Shown piece after piece: positions 25,468 through 38,374 of a stretch of 64,000 nt of DNA. Within the stretch, counting starts at the first letter, position 1, and each line of letters starts with the position of its first letter. Source of the DNA: Eledone cirrhosa (lineage: Eukaryota); NCBI GenBank assembly GCA_964016885.1, contig OZ024742.1:285944001-286008000 (forward strand), written 5' to 3'. Made by a program: the position numbers and the translations under genes. Under the pieces are notes generated by a model. It was given only the letters and a program-made list of their open reading frames with translations. It did no database searches and was not told where the DNA came from.

Positions 25468-26453
25468 TTTTGGTAAATATCATCTTGGTTAAGAGAGTGT
25501 GACTGGCTTTGTGCAGTGCCTTTGTGCAGTGCCTTTGCTCACTATAATAGCTTCACGGCACAGGCATTGCTTTATATCTGGAGATCTCTCTGCACTTGTC
25601 GTCACATGGTACCATGGGCCCAGCACTATGTGTCAATAATTGTCACAAGTGTAGTGTTTGCACCAGAGTTTTCAAGTCGCTGGCTGGACTAAAAAGTCAC
25701 ACTGGTTCAGCGCATCGGTAGGGGTTCTCCTACATGGATATAAAGTAGTGGCCGTACTCGAAAACGAGTTGGCAGCCACCATGTATGTATGTATGTATGT
25801 ATGTATGTATGTATGTATGTATGTATGTATGTATGTATGTGTGTATACATGTCTATGTATGTATGTATGAATACATGTATGTATGTACAACCTGTCTCAT
25901 GGTCGGGTCGTTGGCAACTAAACTGGCAACCCCACCAAGGTTTCTTGGCGAGGAGGGTGACTTTGGACATCCTGCAGGACTAAAAACAAAACCTGTCAAA
26001 GGGCAAAGGAGCTCTTAAGAGTCAATGGCCATCCCAAATCACTGGGAGAGATGACCCCTTAGCTTTTGTCAAGGCAGAATTCTAGGAGAAGGAAAACTCT
26101 GATATAACACCTGCAACCATGATGGTATCCAATGATGTTGACTTGTTCTTCTTTTTGGTAAATATCATCTTGGTTAAGAGAGTGGGACTGGCTTTGTGCA
26201 GTGCCTTTGCTCACTATAAAAGCTTCATGGCACAGGCATTGCTTTATATCTGGAGATCTCTCTGCACTTGTCGTCACATGGTACCATGGGCCCAGCACTA
26301 TGTGTCAATAATTGTCACAAGTGTAGTGTTTGTACCAGAGTTTTCAAGTCGCTGGCTGGACTAAAAAGTCACACTCGTTCAGCGCATCGGTAGGGGTTCT
26401 CCTACATGGATATAAAGTAGTGGCCGTACTCGAAAACGAGTTGGCAGCCACCA
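25468..26453 (+). mobile_element. Two tandem bipartite non-autonomous RTE elements (5'UTR + C2H2-finger 3' end, (ATGT)n tail)
   Basis: RTE-type 5'UTR motif GGAGAAGGAAAACTCTGAT (26085-26103); [22 protein letters not shown] at 26322-26390; third copy at 46040-46650. Confidence 0.75.
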
Positions 26454-26542
26454 TGTATGTACATATGTGTGTATGTGTATATATATGTATATATATATTC
26501 ATATATATATATACATACACACACACATACATATATATTATA

Positions 26543-27165
26543 CTAGCAGTGGTACCCGGCACGGGATAAGGTATTTTGGAATGCGGGCCGCCAACAGACC
26601 TAATCGTGGAAAAACTGCATGCCTGGACAATATGTAAAGAAAATAAACCGAATACTCTGATGGCTGGATAATCTTTAAGATTTTCCTCGATGAAGCAGGA
26701 AAAATGCAGGTTTTCACCTAATGCGAGCCCTAGGGGATCAAGAAAATGCATTGTTTTTTATGTGCATATGCCTTGAAATTTCTGGAAAATCGGCTAGACG
26801 TAACGCCTCAATAAAGTGCTAAAAGGCTGAATAAATGAAGTTTTTCACCTAATGTGGGCCATAGGCCATAAACAAGTTGGATTTTCTTTGCTCAGGGTAT
26901 GAAGAGGAGACTGACTAATATATAGTTACAATTTCAAGGAAATCGGTCTGACGTAACGCCTCAAAAAACCCCTAAAAAGCTGAAAAAACGCAGTTTTTCA
27001 CCTAATAGGGGATCAAAAAGTTGAAACATAAGTAATACACATGTAAAGTTTAAAAAAATCGGTCGGGTACTTCTCGAGTTTTAGGGATTCAAACACACAC
27101 ACACATACACACACCCACACACACACACACACGCACAGAGACATCCTCAGTTTTATATATATAGA
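26543..27165 (-). mobile_element. Non-autonomous Helitron
   Basis: Minus strand starts A|TCTATATATATAAAACTG, has a (TG)n tract, and ends with hairpin CCCG-TGC-CGGG then CTAG|T; internal tandem repeats. Confidence 0.8.
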
Positions 27166-27212
27166 TATATGTGCATATATGTATGTATGTATATGATATG
27201 TATGTATGTATG

Positions 27213-27289
<77 letters not shown>

Positions 27290-27394
27290 ATAATAATAAA
27301 TTTGAAGGCTAAAATCCAAAGAGGTCTCGATAAGGATAAATATATATAAAATATATAAGAACCGTAGAGCAAACATATATATATATATATATAT

Positions 27395-27739
27395 ATAACG
27401 AAGGAAATGTGGTAAGGAACTAGGGTAGTATAGCCGTCGAAACGGCTTGAGCTCTGTCGTCGGAGTCATACTTTTTCCTATATATATATATCACCTTGAT
27501 CACCTTGACCGACCAGTCTGTCGGGTGCCATTCGGCGCCGCTGGTCACAGCACGTGCTGTTTTAGCCATACCAGATGGACCATAACGCACCAGAGTACTC
27601 AATACTTAGGGTAGTAGAGTGGGTAATAGAAAAATGTATGACCTCGACGGCAGAGCTCAAGCCGTTTCAATGGCTATTTCTGGAGTCCAGAAATAGCCGT
27701 CGAAACGGCTTGAACTCTGCCGTCGGGGTCATACATTTT

Positions 27740-27745
<6 letters not shown>
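27395..27745. repeat. Foldback repeat family (also ~6400-6510 and 51835-52020)
   Basis: GGCAGAGCTCAAGCCGTTTC..GGCTATTTCTGG / CCAGAAATAGCCGTCGAAACGGCTTGAACTCTGCC. Confidence 0.75.
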
Positions 27746-27791
<46 letters not shown>

Positions 27792-27817
27792 AAAATGTAT
27801 ATATATATGTGTGTGTG

Positions 27818-27866
<49 letters not shown>

Positions 27867-28233
27867 ATATATGTGTGTATATGTATGTATGTGTATATAT
27901 ACCACCAGCTGTCCTTTAATGGTGACTAGTTTGTTGCATTTTGTTGTTGCGCTTCCTCTTCTGTATAATCCATTAAATGTAACCAGATGTTTCCACAAAC
28001 ACCTGTGTGTATGTTTGTGTGTGTATGTGTGTTTGTGTGTGTGTAGGTGTCGGACCTCCGTCGCTTCCAACGATTAACTATTGCTCTAGCTTTTCGAACA
28101 ACGTGATAACCCACTCATCAAATTTAACGTACAATTGAGTCTTCTGAGTCTTCGACAGTCGTGTGTACCCCTTAATATAGTTCTCAGGGAGATTCAATGA
28201 TCATTAACGTTGCTATTTCCTTAGAGAATATAC

Positions 28234-28335
<102 letters not shown>

Positions 28336-29217
28336 CACACAGAAACAATAATATAGTATATACACACACGTAGAGAACCAATTCAACACACGCAGTCAAT
28401 TTTACACATAGAGAACATACTACACTCTCTCTCAAACACACAATGAGACAAATTTACACGCAGAAACAATAGTATATAAACACACGTACAAAACTGATTC
28501 AACACACGGGCACACACAAACACACATACACACACAGAAGCAATCTTACACGCAGGGAAAATAGTATATCCACGTTTACAAACCAATTCAACACACTAAA
28601 TTTTGCACACAGAGACAATACTATACACACAATCACTTACCCAGTCACAGTCAATACTATTTGCTACACTCACACACAATATAATATTTTTGAAATACTT
28701 ATATATAGTGATTCAATACTGAAGAATGTCTGTTATCTTATCGACAAGATGAAAGCAAGTTGTAACATTAAAGATATCTTGTTTCATAAGGAGTGTTCTC
28801 AACTCATTATCTTTTAGTATCACCTGAACTATTTTAATAAGTGGAAGGTGTCCTCAAAAAACATCTATGTATGCATGTATATACGCATGTATGTATATAC
28901 ATGTATTTATGTCTTATGTAAAACGTGCAACTTCGTTTGCATCCAATGATGTAGAGCAGTTCTTCTTTTGGGGCAAATGAATTCGATGTTTAGAGAGTGG
29001 TATTGGCCCCGTGCAAAACATTTCCTCACTTAAAGAAGCTTCAAGCACAGGTATCGTTTGATATGTGACATTTTTTGCGAGGCATGGTGTTTCTGGTCAC
29101 AGGCAAGTCCCTAGCAGGACTAAAATTCCATGTCCGTGATGCTCATGTTTAAGTATCAAGCGAAGGCATTACTCGACATCGAGTTGCAACCATCATCATG
29201 TATGTATATATGTATGT

Positions 29218-29650
29218 AGCCTTAGGGAGTGGTGCATGCTGTTTTGAGCGTTCACTCGGTAAGCGGGAATCAAGTGCAGTCCTTGCAAAAATACAGCAGG
29301 AACAGAGGTGCAATGTATGTGGACGATTTCTTCTAACAAGAGCTGGATTTGTCAACCATCTGAAATCACTCGAGCCAACTGTGAAATGGTTTTACCGCTA
29401 CAGTGAGTGTGGCTTAATTTTCAAGTCAGCAGCTGGACTGACCAGACATGGTAGAATGCATGAAAACCCACCCCAGCCGGTATTGCCAGGAGACAGACAG
29501 TTCAAGCGTCACATCTGTAAACGTACCTGCAAAACAAAAATGGGTTTGAAAAGTCACCTGTGTGCACATGATCGTGCAATGTTCCACGAAGGGAAGGCAC
29601 TCTTCTGACAATAAGTAGCAATCAGCATGTATGTATGTATGTATGTATGT
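29218..29650 (+). mobile_element. RTE-type LINE 3' end encoding three degenerate C2H2 zinc fingers, with (ATGT)n tail
   Basis: CNVCGRFLLTRAGFVNHLKS; ECGLIFKSAAGLTRHGRMH; ICKRTCKTKMGLKSHLCAH; stop followed by short UTR and (ATGT)n. Confidence 0.7.
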
Positions 29651-30042
29651 TCTGATTTTATAATTTTATAAATTTTTACCAATAAAGAGAGAGTCGGTTT
29701 CTAACATGGATACAAGACTCTTTCATTGGAATTTACACAACACCAACTAGGCAGATATGTCTGCATGTATGCATGCGTGCGTGTCTTTGCAGGTATGGAT
29801 GTTATTGTATGTGTGGATGTGTATGTTTTGAGTTAAATGAGTGCTTTGTATCTGTACATGTGTATATGCAGTTATTACATGCAGAATTTTTGGAATGTTT
29901 TACATATTTTTACTGTTCCATTAATGGATTGTACTTGTAATTTCCTAACTAGTTGCGTTCTTTCTGTTTCTGTGAAGCCCAGCTTTTCAAGATTTGTACT
30001 GAGGCAGTTACTAACATACCCCAGTGTCTCAATAATCACAGG
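29651..30042 (-). mobile_element. R4/Dong-like LINE, short 3' copy
   Basis: PVIIETLGYVSNCL...QVQSINGTVKICKTF plus 3'UTR near-identical to 30128-30520. Confidence 0.85.
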
Positions 30043-30127
30043 TATGTATGTATGTATGTATGTATGTATGTATGTATGTATGTATGTATGTATGTATGTA
30101 TGTATGTATGTATGTATGTATGTATGT

Positions 30128-32021
30128 TCTGGTTTTATAATTTCACAAAGTTTTACCAATAGAGAGAGAGTCGGTTTCTAACATAGACACAAGACTCTCT
30201 CATTGGAATTTACACAACATCAACTAGGTAGGTATGTATGTATGCATGCATGTGTAGATATGGATGTTATTGCATGTGTGGATGTGTATGTTTAGAGTTG
30301 TATGTGTGCATGTGTATATGTTTTGTATCTGTACATGTGTATATGCAGTTATTAGATGCAAACTTTTTGGAATGTTTTACATATTTTTACTGTTCCATTA
30401 ATGGATTGTACTTGTAATTTCCTAACTAGTTGTGTTCTTTCTGTTCCTGTGAAGCCTAGCTTCTCAAGATTTGTATTGAGGCAGTTACTAACATATCCCA
30501 GTGCCCCAATAATCACAGGCATAAATCTGAAGGTGTAATCAGGGTGGAGTATCTGCAGATTTATCATCAGTTCTGCATAAATATTCTCCTTTTCACTAAT
30601 CTTTGATATTATATTGGCATCTGCTGGGCAGCTAATTTCCACTACTGTGCATGTTTTCTTCTCCCTGTCCCATATCATAATATCTGGTCTGTTATGCCTG
30701 CATTTTATTGGGGTTTTTACTGGAACATTCAACCAGTACTCTTTCATATTATGTACATGGATGTCTTCCACATTGTTGTAGCTTTTAATGTGTTTTTTAT
30801 CGGGGCTATCTTTTTTACGAACTGCATTGTACAGTGTTTTGGCCACTACATCATGCCTCATAGGTAGATAGTACCGCGATGACATCTTTGGACAGCTGCT
30901 GATGACATGGGTGATATCCTCGATGTTAGTTCTGCAGAGTCTGCTCTTGTTATCACATCTAGGTGTTTTGCCTGCATCCCTATCTCTTTTGTGAATCAGG
31001 TATTCATGCTAATCTCCTGTTCCTGGATTGCAAAAGCGTATCCTTCAAAGAGGGAGCCATTATAGCGGTTGTTGGTCCAAGATAGACTACTTTCCTTATC
31101 TATATTACTCTCACTCTGAAGCTTCCTGGCAACATATCCATGCATGATTTTTTGCTGATAGGCATGCAGTTTTTCATCCATGGATTCACTGCGATACTGC
31201 TGAGCGACATCCCTGGATGTGAGTTTTTGATTATCACACAGGGAATATCTCTCAAGGAGTTCCTTCCCAACTCTCATGATCTTATCTGTTTCATGCAGAT
31301 AGACTTGCTCGAGAAACGGGCTCCTACGCTTCGAGGTTCGTAGATGTTGTCGGAGAGATATGATGCGACATTCAAATATTATCTGGACTGATGTTAGGGC
31401 TCTGCCTCCCTGCTTACGCTTCAAGTAAAGGCGGTCTATGTCACTGTTGATGTGGAAGTTTCCGGTGTTGTTCAGTATTTTTCAAGTTCCAACATCAACT
31501 GCTCGGATTTCGTCTATCGTCCAATTGAGTATTCCAAATGTTGGTGTTAGGACAGGCACAGCAAACACATTGTGAGCCACTGTTTTGTTTTGCGCAGAGA
31601 GTTCCGATGACCAGATCTTTCTTAATCGGGTGTAGTATTCCCTGGTTACGCGTTCTTTATTACAGATACCATTATAGGATGTTCTCATCTATCCCAAGGT
31701 ATCTATAGCAGTCCTCCTCAGATATCGGTGAAACAGTTAGGCCATTGATGACAATGTTCCTAGATTGGGTTGTTGTTTTTCCCGCTTTACAGTCATGTAT
31801 GAGCATTTATCTTGGCCAAACTCCATTCCTATATCCTTTGAGAACGTTGTAACCAGGTCAAGATTTTTCTTCATCCCATCCATGTTCTTGGCATAGGGTT
31901 TCAGATCGTCCACAAAGAAATTATGGGTTAGGTTCGTATTTCTGTCCTCCTGTGAGCCAATGATCTATCCCTCACATTTCTTGAGCAGAAAGGACAAGGG
32001 GTTTAATGACAAGATGAACAC
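30128..32021 (-). mobile_element. R4/Dong-like (RLE-type) LINE, 5'-truncated and decayed
   Basis: LTHNFFVDDLK..DIGMEFGQDKC (RT); RLCRTNIEDITHVISSC (CCHC); RHDVVAK; NRPDIMIWD..VEISCP (PD..D/E endonuclease). Confidence 0.88.
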
Positions 32022-32507
32022 TATGTATGTATGTACGTATGTATGTATGTGTGTATGTGTGTGTATGTATGTATGTGTGTATGTATGTATGTATGTATCC
32101 GTAACACCCGATGGAGTCGTGGAGGAAGCGTAGTGACCTACAGCGTTTCTTAGCCATTTTAAAAAAGTGGTGGAACCCTTCTCCAGATCTGAACAGAGAA
32201 AGATTTGGCATAGAATTGTTAAAGCTAACCGTTGTAAGCAGTAAGAGACAACATAATTAACAAATTATTTATTAACTTGTAGTTCGAAATTAGGACAGGA
32301 GTTCCCAAATTTGTCATCCCGTTTCCCTGTGACAAGTTTTAACAAGTAAATTTACCGCTACCTTACTTTGTTCAGTAATCTAAGTTTAAATCTCATCACC
32401 TTCGCCATTTGTCCGCAGCTGAGAGATACCACACATTTTCCTTCTTTTCGTTGTTTAATTTCTTCTTTCATTTTATTTATTTCCTTGTACAAATATTTCT
32501 GTGTATA

Positions 32508-33313
32508 TACGCGAGGTGTGTCAGAAAAGTAACAGGACTTAGTGTGGTGTGTGAGTTATAAGTGCGGTAGCCATTAGCTGGTCGCGTCACTGTTTATCGT
32601 ACTCTGCGTGGAGTGTATGACTGCGATCTCAGCTCTCTGCAGTCATTGTATATTTTTTCACATGCGTTTTTGTAACAGCTTCTCAAGCGATGGGCACAGA
32701 GCAGCGAACCAGCCTGAAGTTTATGGCCCGGCTGGGGAAAACTCCGCCAAAAGCACTCGGAATACTGCAGCAAGTGTACGAAGATGAGATGATGTCGCGC
32801 TCATAGGTTTTTGAGAAGGAGAAAAGGTTCAAAGAAGGGCGCAAGGACGTAGAAGGCCTTCAATGAGCAAGATTAAGGCTAACGTTGAGTGCGTGAGGCA
32901 GGTGGTGCGTGGCGATCGTCAACTGGCAGTTCGACTAATCTAAGTCAACTCCGACAGCGTTTGGAAAATTATCACCGTAGATTTGGGCATGCGGAAGATC
33001 TGCACGAAGATGGTGACGAAGCTGCTGGACGATGCCCAGGAGTATCTTGTATCTGAATGCTAGGGAGAGTCCTCGGCGGTCATGAGCCTTGCATCATCAA
33101 GTACGACTCATTTTCCGGGCGTGGAAGCCATCAAGAGGGCCGTGACAATGGAGCTGCAGAGAATCCTGGGAGAATCTTTCCAGGAGTGCATGGAGGCATG
33201 GCAGAGAAGGATGGGAAAGTGCGTAAGACTCGAGGGTGATTATTTCGAAGAGGAAAATTAGTAGCTTGGATTTGAAATTTTCTTTTCTTATTTTGCGACA
33301 ATAGTCCTGTTTC

Positions 33314-33323
<10 letters not shown>
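32508..33323 (+). mobile_element. Internally deleted mariner element
   Basis: TIR CGAGGTGTGTCAGAAAAGTAACAGGACT / AGTCCTGTTTCTG; EQRTSLKFMARLGKT..LQQVY..RFKEGR; LGMRKIC; [17 protein letters not shown]. Confidence 0.85.
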
Positions 33324-33412
<89 letters not shown>

Positions 33413-34094
33413 ATACATATATATATATATTCCGAAATACAGCAACTGACAAAGTGTTAAATGTTATAATACACGTGAATAGAAAGAGCAACTGGCAAGA
33501 GTTCAGCAATGCTGACGTGTTCTTTTACTTTGACATTCATGTCTTGACATACGAGTTTATTCTCCTCTGAATAGACTTCTACGTTGTTAACATGGTAATT
33601 AAGAAAAAAATATAATACACAGTTCGTTAGGTCAAAAATTGTAGGAAGAAAACAAATTAGTGATTAAAAATAAACAATAAAAGGCCCATTTCGAATTTTT
33701 ACTTTATGGTATTCGTTCCAGCTCTCTGCTCTCTGAGTTCAAATCCCGCCGAGGCCAGCTTTCCCTTTCATCCTTTCGAGGTCAATAAAAAAGTACGATT
33801 CTTCCTCTTTCTGGAAGAAATCTGCTGTACTCAGGCCTGGAGAGGGATAGGCTCCGCCAGGCTTAAAAAATACCCAAGAAGCGCCGTATGTCAATACGGT
33901 GCCCCTACGATTCTATTAGGAGTTACAGGACCATACATACATGCATATATATTTTATTATCTGTGTTAGGTGACTGATGGTGGTGTGTGAGTTAGTTAGT
34001 TATTGACAGCATGGGTACACTAGTTTTATATACAAACCATAGATAACTCTACAAATATTTCAGCAATACTGGTATAATCACTGCCTCCGTCTTT

Positions 34095-34260
34095 CGCTCT
34101 CCCCATCTCTTACTATCATAAGCAAATGAGGGTCCATGCGCTGGCCGCCCCGCAGCCCCGACGGACAGAATAAAGAAGGCGTTTCCCAGGAAGATGGTGA
34201 GGGAAGAGCCATTCCAACTCGCGAAGCTCACACCTGCAGGTAGCCAACTCCGTGCCGATG
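34095..34260 (+). pseudogene. Possible Tc1/mariner transposase remnant
   Basis: IISK*GSMRWPPRSPD motif only. Confidence 0.35.
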
Positions 34261-36084
34261 ATGGTGACTAGGGAGGTGGTGCTAGGGACAAGGATATCAG
34301 AGCTCTCCACTGCTAAAATTGTTTTTAATCATAATTGAACAAAATATATGCACAATCTAGAATCATCAAATTTAGTCCCCTGGGTAGAAGAAATTTACTC
34401 GCTAGGGGTAAATTTATCCCAGGTTGACAACCTCTGTATTTTAGAAAGTAACGAGAATTCACGCCAGTGGTTTTCTTCTACAAGGTTCGTTTATATGGTT
34501 GGTCTACATATGGATATATTAGAGTAGAAACACGGATAAGATTTCGATTTATGTGAGACAGGCCGTCTAAATAATTTGAATGCAGTACACTGAGCTAACT
34601 TAAGACTCGTTAATAGTACAGCGCTCATGTTACCTACAACGTTAAGCTGTATATAATCCCTTAGTATTTCAGCTAGATCAACAGAGCTAACATGGTGTGG
34701 CATGACTGTGGATTTTTCCTGTTATTGAATACAAATCATTGGTTGTTCAGTTGTTAGTTCAACAACTTATAAATTCGGTTATTGACAGCTATCTATCATC
34801 TCTGGTCATGTCTTTCTTACAGGCTTCAACTTGCAACAGTTTCACAGAAACACCAGTGATATCGATATCACTGGTCTTGAAGGGCTTCTGAAGGCTATGG
34901 CCACTTCATCCAAACCTAACAAGGGAAAAACAAGAGAAAAAGGGGAGAGGGCGGGGTCAAGAAAATGAGCAGGATCACAATGTTGTGATGTAGATAGGAA
35001 ACGATTCAGCGACTCTCAGATTGAAAGTTCGACATACCCTAAATCAAGTCAGTCAACAATGATTCAGCCATTTAAATTCATTTTTAACCTACCCACCCAC
35101 TTATCTGATTGTTACAAACTGTTATGGTTTAAAAGAGAACAAAACAATTGTAACATGATGTGATAAGGAAATAGGAAGACACAGATAGGAGAGAAAGAAA
35201 GAAAATGATGCAGTACTCGAATAGATAAGGTATAAGCCTCTTAATTTGAAGAGGTGGGCATTCAATGTATCAGCTTTCATGTTCTGATTCGCGCCCCTAC
35301 ACCCACGTACATACTTTTAAATACTTGAATCAGAGCAAGTCACAACGCGAGAGCTTTACCGCTTATTAAAAATGCACTCATTATTCACACGGATATCAAT
35401 AAATTAAAACACTAAAACTTGTAAAGAAAATGACTGCACTCACTGTATAATTTGGACTTGTTTTATAGATCAATCCAATCCAGGGTCTTCTTACTGATGT
35501 TGGAGGAACCCCTCCCTGATCGACCTCCACCATTTTCTGTTTGGTTTTGATTATGCCTTCAGGGGTGTAGCTGTACTCACCACGCTTGGCCAATTGTAGG
35601 TTGGTGAGTCACCAAACACTCAACCATGAAACAGGTTACATGGTGCCAGTAGCAGGTAGTACCCTGACCTAACCATAAACAGAAATGTGAAAATCAAATT
35701 GAGACCGGCAGTATTTGAATTCGGTATAGAAAAGTAAGTATTTCAATTTAGAAACGTTAGATGCGTACAACTCTTTGGTCTCAGAGAGGTTGAGATGTCT
35801 ATACACGCCGCCGCAAGTACAAATAAGTACATAAAGAGCTGTTACTAAACATCGCAAGGAAATTGTGTCCGACACTATTGATTCTGATAATCTACATTTA
35901 TATGAAAGGCATCATTAGATTATTTGTCCCGAATCCCTAAAAGGTATCATTACATCATTACGGAATATGTCCCGGATTCCTACGTCTTTAAATCATTACG
36001 GTATATGTCCCAAATCCCTGCGCTCTGGGTTCAAATCTCATCGAAATCAACTTTGCCTGTCATACTTTAGGGGTCGTTTGAAAA

Positions 36085-36180
<96 letters not shown>

Positions 36181-37794
36181 TGCTCTTGCTTTCTCTCTCT
36201 TTCGCTCTCTCAGAAATCGTCTATGTTCAGACCTGGAGAGGTATACTCGTAGGCTACGTTATTTTAAAAGGCTCAAGACACACTGTATGTAATGTCGGAG
36301 TCCCCCTAATATAAGGAACAGGGGCAAATATGGCAAGCCATTTTGTTCGATGCGTTAACGCTTCTATTGAGCATTATGACAAGCAGTCACATATTAGCGT
36401 TTCTGCCACGTGACCTTTCCAGACTGCTCTCTTCCAACGAACAATAACAATACATCAAGCCGTGACAGTTGAACTGTGATGAGACAAGATAAATCCAAAC
36501 ATCGCCATTACTGGAGTTAAAAGATCAGATTAGCTTCTCCATCTGCCATTATAAATAAACGACTATGGTTAGTAAGATTTACAATAGCAAAAAAATATAC
36601 TGTATATGATGGCTATCACTTTGTTACAATTAGGCTGTTATAGTTTATGATAGTTTTTTTTCACGAGACCTCTTTTTTGTTCACATTAACATTCCCTTTT
36701 ACAAACCAACACCATAAAATAAAACCAAAGTTTATAGTACAAATCACCATGACGATGGTTTAACACAAAACATATAGTTCTCTTTTTTTAATTTTTGGTC
36801 CAGCCACTTCTACTGGGAAAGTGTTGCGGGGAAATGTATTCCGCAAATTGCAGTAAGGTGTGGGGGTCTGCAGTAGTGCCATACTGTGGGCACAAAGCCT
36901 GTCTGCAATTCCATCAATCCACCCTCGTGTGGTCTTCCGAGCGAGCCATAAGGGCAAACACTTGGTGTTATAGGCCCGCATAGCCAGTTGACCATTTGAG
37001 TATTTTATCAAACCATTTTACACGTTGTTGAGCTGTAGGCTGAGCCATAGTTAGGGTATCAGCATTTGCCTCCTAATATATCCGTTTCTAATCTACTCTT
37101 TTCTGATTTTTGTCAGCTGCCCGCTCGAGGATATCTCACCTCACAGGTCCTCAGCTTTCGCTTCAAAATTTGTTTCGATTCCATGAGTTAATCTGTATGA
37201 TTTTTATTTCCATAACAATTCGTGGGTGCACGAGAGTGTACAGTTGATAGCAGGTTTAATTTCCCTCCTGGAATTAGAACTCAGGACAAATACCGCCACA
37301 ACACTTATCATCCAATGCTCTAACAATTTGCCAATCCACCGCTCTTGATTGGTACTTTATTTTGTTGACCCTTAAAGAACAAAAGACAAAAACAGAAGAT
37401 CATCTGATGATTTTACCAATACGCCACCTATCGTGGCATTAATTCGGCAAATCTGCCACATTGAACATGGAGTACATCTTATCTACCAACGAAAGGATGA
37501 AAAACAAATGTCATCGCGACTAGATTTGATCTCAGTGCGTTGAGACCTGGATCAAATACCGGAAAATATTTTGTTTTACGCTCTAACAACTCTTCCAATT
37601 CGCTGGTTAAATGATGATGAGAGCAATAAATATAACCACATTTTTTCCACCGCAGTAAATTTGGAGATTTTACTTGATACATATGAGTGCGAAGTATCGA
37701 GTCGAAGATAAAAAGTCACAATATATTTAAATACCAGAAAAAAAATATGGCGTTTTATTTAAAACAGTGGAATTTTTATATATATAAATGTATT

Positions 37795-37938
37795 ATTAGT
37801 ACAGATTAAAGATTTAAGCAAAATAAATGTCTGCTTCCGCCCTAAGATGATTCCGCTTAGGGTGGAAGTAAACAATTTTCGCTTAAACTTTTAATCTGTA
37901 CTATTAATAAATATTTGCTCTACGGGCTTACATACACT

Positions 37939-37973
<35 letters not shown>

Positions 37974-38206
37974 ATAATAATAAATTTGAAGACTAAAATC
38001 CAAAGAGGGCTCGATAAGGATAAATATATATAAAATATATAAGAACCGTAGAGCAAATATTTTTTAAAATAACAGATTAAAGTTAAGCAAAGAATCGGTG
38101 CTTTCACCCTTAACGGGATCTTCTGAAACTAACCCAGTTAGTTTCAGAAGACCCCGTTAAGGGTGAAAGCAGCGATTCTTTGCTTAAACTTTAATCTGTT
38201 ATTTTA

Positions 38207-38210
<4 letters not shown>
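37795..38210. repeat. Foldback repeat family (also ~27286-27375, 55690-55790, 59330-59520, 60810-60900)
   Basis: Two long hairpins, e.g. CTTTCACCCTTAACGGG..CTTCTGAAACTAAC / GTTAGTTTCAGAAG..CCCGTTAAGGGTGAAAG. Confidence 0.8.
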
Positions 38211-38244
<34 letters not shown>

Positions 38245-38319
38245 TAAAATATATATATATATATATAAAATAAAGTTAAATAAAAGTCAAATGATTAAAA
38301 TTTAGCTTCGTTTATTACT

Positions 38320-38374
38320 ACTGCTATATATATTTCAGTGACAGCCATCTTTGGCTGTGACCTCTTCAGGCAGT
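38320..38374 (-). ncRNA. Type I hammerhead ribozyme motif
   Basis: Reverse complement of 41013-41067. Confidence 0.85.

Noticed and set aside
29198-29608. Host C2H2 zinc-finger gene
   Set aside because: Fingers are degenerate, lack TGEKP linkers, start in a microsatellite and end in a retroposon tail; better explained as an RTE 3' end
36760-37075. Possible exon or transposase N-terminus
   Set aside because: No recognisable motif; short frames with stops
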